Assembly: GCA_019561615.1 (NCBI GenBank) | Contig: JAHEQA010000014.1 | Span: 1 to 17,220 of the forward strand | Source of the DNA: Methanothermococcus sp. SCGC AD-155-E23 | Lineage (GTDB): Archaea > AGJL01 > Methanococci > Methanococcales > Methanococcaceae | Length of the DNA: 17,220 nt | Direction: 5' to 3' | Part shown: positions 16,336 to 17,220 of the stretch, piece by piece | Layout of the letters: every line of letters begins with the position of its first letter | Numbering within the stretch: position 1 is the stretch's first letter | Position numbers and translations under genes: made by a program | The notes under the pieces: generated by a model | What the model was told of the DNA's origin: nothing | The model's input: only the letters and a program-made list of their open reading frames with translations | Databases searched by the model: none

Positions 16336-17220
16336 CCTCTCCAAGTAGATGTATCCCTGCAATATCCCCCTCACCTCCCTTTATGGACAACAAACCCCCT
16401 ATGGAACCTACGTTGATAACCTTTCCATGTATGTTACCCTCCCTAAGTATAATATCTACACCTATACAGTGGCTACCTACTATACTAAGTCCAAACTTTA
16501 TATCTCCAAAGAGGTGCACCTCAACAGGTTCATCCTCTAGTATCTCCTTCTCCTCCCCTATAACTACATACCCGTCACTGTAGGTCAGGGATGTGATGGC
16601 ACCACTACCCTTGAGAACAGGGTATACAGTATATCCCTCACTACCTCTCACTACAGACACTGGTAGGTACTCCACCCTACCCTTTGCAGAGAGGTATCTA
16701 AGTGGGAAGTGCCCCCTTATACTCCTCCCCTCTCCTCCAAAGAGTACGTTAAACACTGTTAAACAGGAAGTGGGATATCCTGGAAGGCCAAGGATTAACT
16801 TAGGTGTATTATCCTCCCCAGGTACACTACCTATTATCGTGGGCTTCCCAGGTTTTATCTTCAAACCATGGATATGGATCTTCCCTCCAAGTCTCTCTAT
16901 TACCTGGGCAGTTAGATCACCTCTTCCCGCAGAGGTACCACCACTTAGGATCACTATATCGTTGTTATCCTTCAACGCCCTCTTAACAGCCCTTAGGATA
17001 TCCTCCTCCCTATCCCTCACAATGCCGTAGAATTTAAAATCCCAGCCCCTCTCCCTTATAGAGGCAGCTAGGGTGTAGGTGTTGACGTCGTATATCTTGT
17101 AGCCTTCCAGGGGTTTCCCAGGATCTATCAACTCATCTCCCGTGGATATCAGTGCAACCCTCAACCTCCTCTTAACCTTTACCCTCCTTCTCCCTATGGC
17201 TGCCAGGGCCCCTATATCCC
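16325..17220 (-). pseudogene. moeA: molybdopterin molybdotransferase MoeA-PBP fusion, 5'-partial at the window edge and truncated early in the PBP domain
   Basis: Frame is open to the window end (DIGALAAIG...[45 protein letters not shown]). The PBP domain start IVGSHC...NVGSIGGL...DIAGIHLL is followed by a stop after only about 50 aa. Confidence 0.85.

Noticed and set aside
16336-16374. N-terminal extension [13 protein letters not shown] of the coiled-coil ORF
   Set aside because: It overlaps conserved moeA-PBP codons (DIAGIHLL) in another frame; ATG 16335 is the better start.
219-17030. Many short antisense or overlapping ORFs (e.g. 219-428, 2101-2286, 7310-7696, 13085-13459, 15470-15970, 16593-17030)
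   Set aside because: They are shadows of well-supported genes, mostly Ser/Leu/Pro/Phe-rich mirror translations with no motifs.

Overview
Compact archaeal window, most likely from a thermophilic Methanococcales-type methanogen (inferred from methanogenesis marker protein 6, the DUF749/DUF2096 pair, hjc, GGTGA ribosome-binding sites and AGG/ATA-rich codons). The middle is housekeeping and thermoadaptation: tatD, NYN protein, surE, wHTH regulator, Ca2+/Na+ antiporter, two BpsA-family genes, hjc, mobA, nfeD and IPCT/DIPPS. The main point of interest is a minus-strand operon at 11356-16335. It encodes an ESCRT-III/Snf7-like coiled-coil protein, a Vps4-clade AAA ATPase, a membrane-anchored (DUF4013-like) Ser/Thr kinase and a PP2C phosphatase, which together form a candidate phosphorylation-controlled membrane-remodelling system. 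Both window ends carry abnormal junctions. At about 140, the N-terminal part of a second ESCRT-III-like paralogue runs in frame into the C-terminal part of myo-inositol-1-phosphate synthase. At about 16330, moeA is cut off early in its PBP domain exactly where the ESCRT-III-like gene starts. Together these fit an inversion of about 16.2 kb with loss of sequence at both ends, either real or an assembly/amplification chimera. No RNA genes, CRISPR arrays or IS elements were recognised. All family calls come from motif recognition by eye; no database search was run.
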